64,000 bases of DNA from Somniosus microcephalus (Eukaryota): assembly GCA_052327205.1 (NCBI GenBank), contig CM126230.1, positions 24,800,001-24,864,000 on the forward strand, written 5' to 3'. Positions 60,991 through 64,000 of the stretch are shown one piece after another; position 1 is the stretch's first letter; every line of letters begins with the position of its first letter. The notes under the pieces are model-generated. The model ran no database searches and was not told where the DNA came from. It saw nothing but the letters and a program-made list of their open reading frames with translations. Position numbers and translations under genes: made by a program.

Positions 60991-61266
60991 GTCAGCTGTG
61001 GCTCAGTGGGTAGCGCCCTCGCCTCTGAGCCAGAAGGTTGTGGGTTCAAGTCCCACTCCAGGGACTTGAGCACATAAAGCTAGGCTGACACTCCAGTGCT
61101 GTACTGAGGGAGTGCTGCACTGTCGGAGGGGCTGTCTTTCGGATGAGACATTAAACCGAGGCCCCGTCTGCTCTCTCAGGTGGAGGTAAAAGATTCCCTG
61201 GCACTATTTCGAAGAAGAGCAGGGGAGTTATCCCCGGTGTCCTGGCCAATAATTATCCCTCAACCA
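60991..61266 (+). mobile_element. SacSINE1-like SINE, 5' part
   Basis: Same head and core as 54822. Confidence 0.87.
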
Positions 61267-62214
61267 AGGCACAACGCAGTGACACACTGAGAGGTTGATG
61301 CACCATTTCAAATATCAAATCAAGGAAATTACACAGAACTGCAGAAAAAAAAGAGTGCAAATACAGGGTGAGAAAGATTTACAGTTACTGTAAGAAGCAT
61401 TTCTGAGAGACAAATTGCAAAAACTTCCACTTTCCACGTCACAAACCCATAACAGAAACAAGCGAGAGAATTGTTCTGCATGTAAATCCTCTTGTGATCC
61501 TTACTAGAGACTTTAATCTTTGAAACCTGGTCAACAATTGCTGAAAGATTTAATTCCCTGACTGTGGCGTGAGTGTGCGAGGGAGGGGGAGGAGATATAC
61601 TGCAGGGTGCAATTAGCCCGACTTGTGTATTGGTTTTGGGTAATGATTAAACAAATTGTTTTTTAGAAAACAAACAGTAAAATACAGTGACTGTAACCTT
61701 GGGATCGGCTGTAGCTGTATTTACTGGTTAGGTGTGGTAAAATCCACAGTCTGATGGGTAAACCCGTGAAGAGTCCTTGTTTGCAAAACACAGAGTGCGC
61801 GTGGAGGGGCGGAGGCAGAGGGTCAAGTCAGAATCCACAGTGTCAACTGCAAGATCTTGGGGCAGAAATCTGCTTTCAAAGGTGAATGGGATTCTCATAA
61901 CCTTTCTGTGGAGATGTCTGCCTGACATGTGGATATAGCTATCTGGAGGTTAATGTTGTCTGCTTGATTTGTTTTAAGAGATCCCCGGACCAATTGGTGA
62001 GATATTGATCCGAATGGCTGCTACAAGATTTTGGGCAGTGTTGGACCGCACTTGCAGGATCCTCGGGATTGTAACTGCTGCAGGTACGTGGAATAGACCA
62101 AAACCGCACACAAGTGTCAGCCACCAATAACTACAATGCACCACCCTTCTTTTGAGAATTCAACCTCATATACAGGCCACCCTCACTAGCTGAGTAATGC
62201 ACTTTTCACTTCTC

Positions 62215-62686
62215 GTCAGCTGTGGCTCAGTGGGTAGCACCCTCGCCTCCGAGTCAGAAGGTTGTGGGTTCAAGTCTCGCTCCCGGGATTTGAGCACATG
62301 AAGCTAGGCTGACACTCCAGTGCAGTGCTGAGGGAGCGCGGCACTGTCGGAGGCGCCGTCTTTCGGATGAGACGTTAAACCGAGGCCCCGTCTGCTCTCT
62401 CAGGTGGGCGTAAAAGATCCCGTGGCACTATTTCGAAGAAGAGCAGGGGATTTATCCCCGGTGTCCTGGCCAAAATTTATCCCTCAACCAACATAACAAA
62501 AACAGATTACCTGGTCATTATCACATTGCTGTTTGTGGGAGCTTGCTATGCGCAAATTGGCTGCCGCGTTTCCCACATCACAACAGCGACTACACTCCAA
62601 AAGTACTTCAATGTCTGTAAAGCACTTTGAGACGTCCGGTGGTCATGAAAGGCGCTATAGAAATGCAAGTCTTTTTTTTCTTTTTT
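62215..62686 (+). mobile_element. SacSINE1-like SINE, full length
   Basis: A and B boxes, core and L2-like tail. Confidence 0.9.
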
Positions 62687-63639
62687 CACCCTTCAAGAAC
62701 TTGCATCGAAATATTAGAGCTTACTGTTGTACATTGCCTCACGGGAGTTCTTAACTGGGTTCAAAGATTGTTTCATTGCTCTGATGACTCTTAACCCGCT
62801 GTTACTTTTTAATACTGTTTATTTCTTGTGTTTTTGTATGAATAATTATTAATAAGTTGAAAACAGACGTAGGTTTCTCACAGCAAAGACATTGCAGGGC
62901 AGTCTGATACGATTTTCAAGCTTTCCTGTGTGGGAGCCCCCTTGCAAATATGAACACGTTCCAGGGGACCCACTCCAAATGTTGAAATGTTCCCGGGTTC
63001 TAACTTTTGACAGGGAATGCCAGCTACCCAAAGGAAAACCGTGCTATCATTATTGAAAATTATTTTTATTAGAATACAGCAACAGAGGTAACATGCTCGT
63101 AAGTGGGCGGGGGAGGGGGGGGGGCGCAGAAATAAAATCAGAAACATATGGGCAGAAATCTGATCATCTCGTGAATCTTCTGGGGCCTTCTCATGATTCT
63201 CTTGACCCAGTTCGAAAACCTCTGTGATTGAGGGTGCCAGAATGTAGGTGGTTGGGTGCGGAATTGGAGGTCACTGCTTAAGGTTGGTGTAGGAGTCAGG
63301 TGATAGTTGAACATGAGGGTAGGGTATACTTTTGTGTTAGTCAGTATATTAAAACTCATTCAAACGTTGTTGAGTTTGGTCAGTTAAGAAAATAAAGCAT
63401 GGAACCTGGGTTTAAAAACAAGTAAACAGAACAGACAAAAATGATTCAGTTAGATGGTCTGATTTATGGGTGCAGATAGAAAATTGTTTGTCTGTTTATT
63501 TAACAGATCTACTCATTTTGATCATTTACTCAAGTAGAGAGAGACAAGAGTGTAATTTCCTCTTGCTCGCTGTGAGCTACCTCTCCCCCCTTCCTTCATC
63601 TCACTACTTTTCTACTTGCATTATGTATATGCTCATTTT

Positions 63640-64000
63640 GAGATCCTGCACCTCCGTGTTCTTTCGAGAAATCTTGATAAAGGGCCAAAGTCCATAGTCC
63701 AGCACATCACTGAGGTTGAAAGGACTAGGATGGAAGATGAGAATAATCGAGAAGTGATCGTGGGGATGCCAAGCTTAACTTTAAGGAGTTCCACAGTTCT
63801 GAGAAAGATTGAGTTGAAATAGGACCATGAAGCTTGGTTTCAACAAGGTGAGGCTGCAGGGGCAAAGAGCAGTGGGTAGTATGGACCTTACGAGGAACAA
63901 GATAAACTTCAGAGGATCAGTGCCCATAGCAGTGTCAACAAAATAAAGGGAAACAGGAAAGAATGTGGCAGAGATGTTGGAGGCTAGAGGTGAGAGAAGG
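63640..64000 (-). mobile_element. Degraded L2-like endonuclease-region relic
   Basis: Minus strand ttctcatcttccatcctagtcctttcaacctc resembles the LILGDFNL region; heavily decayed. Confidence 0.4.

Noticed and set aside
61728-63359. Short unique-looking minus-strand ORFs
   Set aside because: They have no recognisable domain or consistent splice structure. Parts faintly resemble decayed L2 RT C-termini.

Overview
This is eukaryotic, repeat-dense genomic DNA, most likely from a cartilaginous fish, judging by the CR1, L2 and RTE LINE fragments and the HE1/V-SINE-like and SacSINE1/DeuSINE-like SINEs. I cannot recognise any complete host gene. The main elements are: (1) a very young full-length Gypsy LTR retrotransposon (31413-35714) with a 5-bp TSD, near-identical LTRs, no tRNA-type PBS, and a 14-nt segment complementary to its own LTR; (2) a decayed two-gene PIF/Harbinger transposon (15304-19294) nested in a hAT element that is itself nested in a LINE; (3) two more Harbinger relics and many Harbinger MITEs with 3-bp TSDs, most carrying a TGACGTCA (CRE) motif; (4) pogo/Tigger-type and hAT MITEs, two solo LTRs, and Penelope-type repeats with hammerhead ribozyme cores; (5) three tandem arrays, two of them traceable to retroelement sequence. 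Three phase-compatible small exons on the minus strand may belong to an unidentified host gene (low confidence). Family names come from pattern recognition, not database searches.
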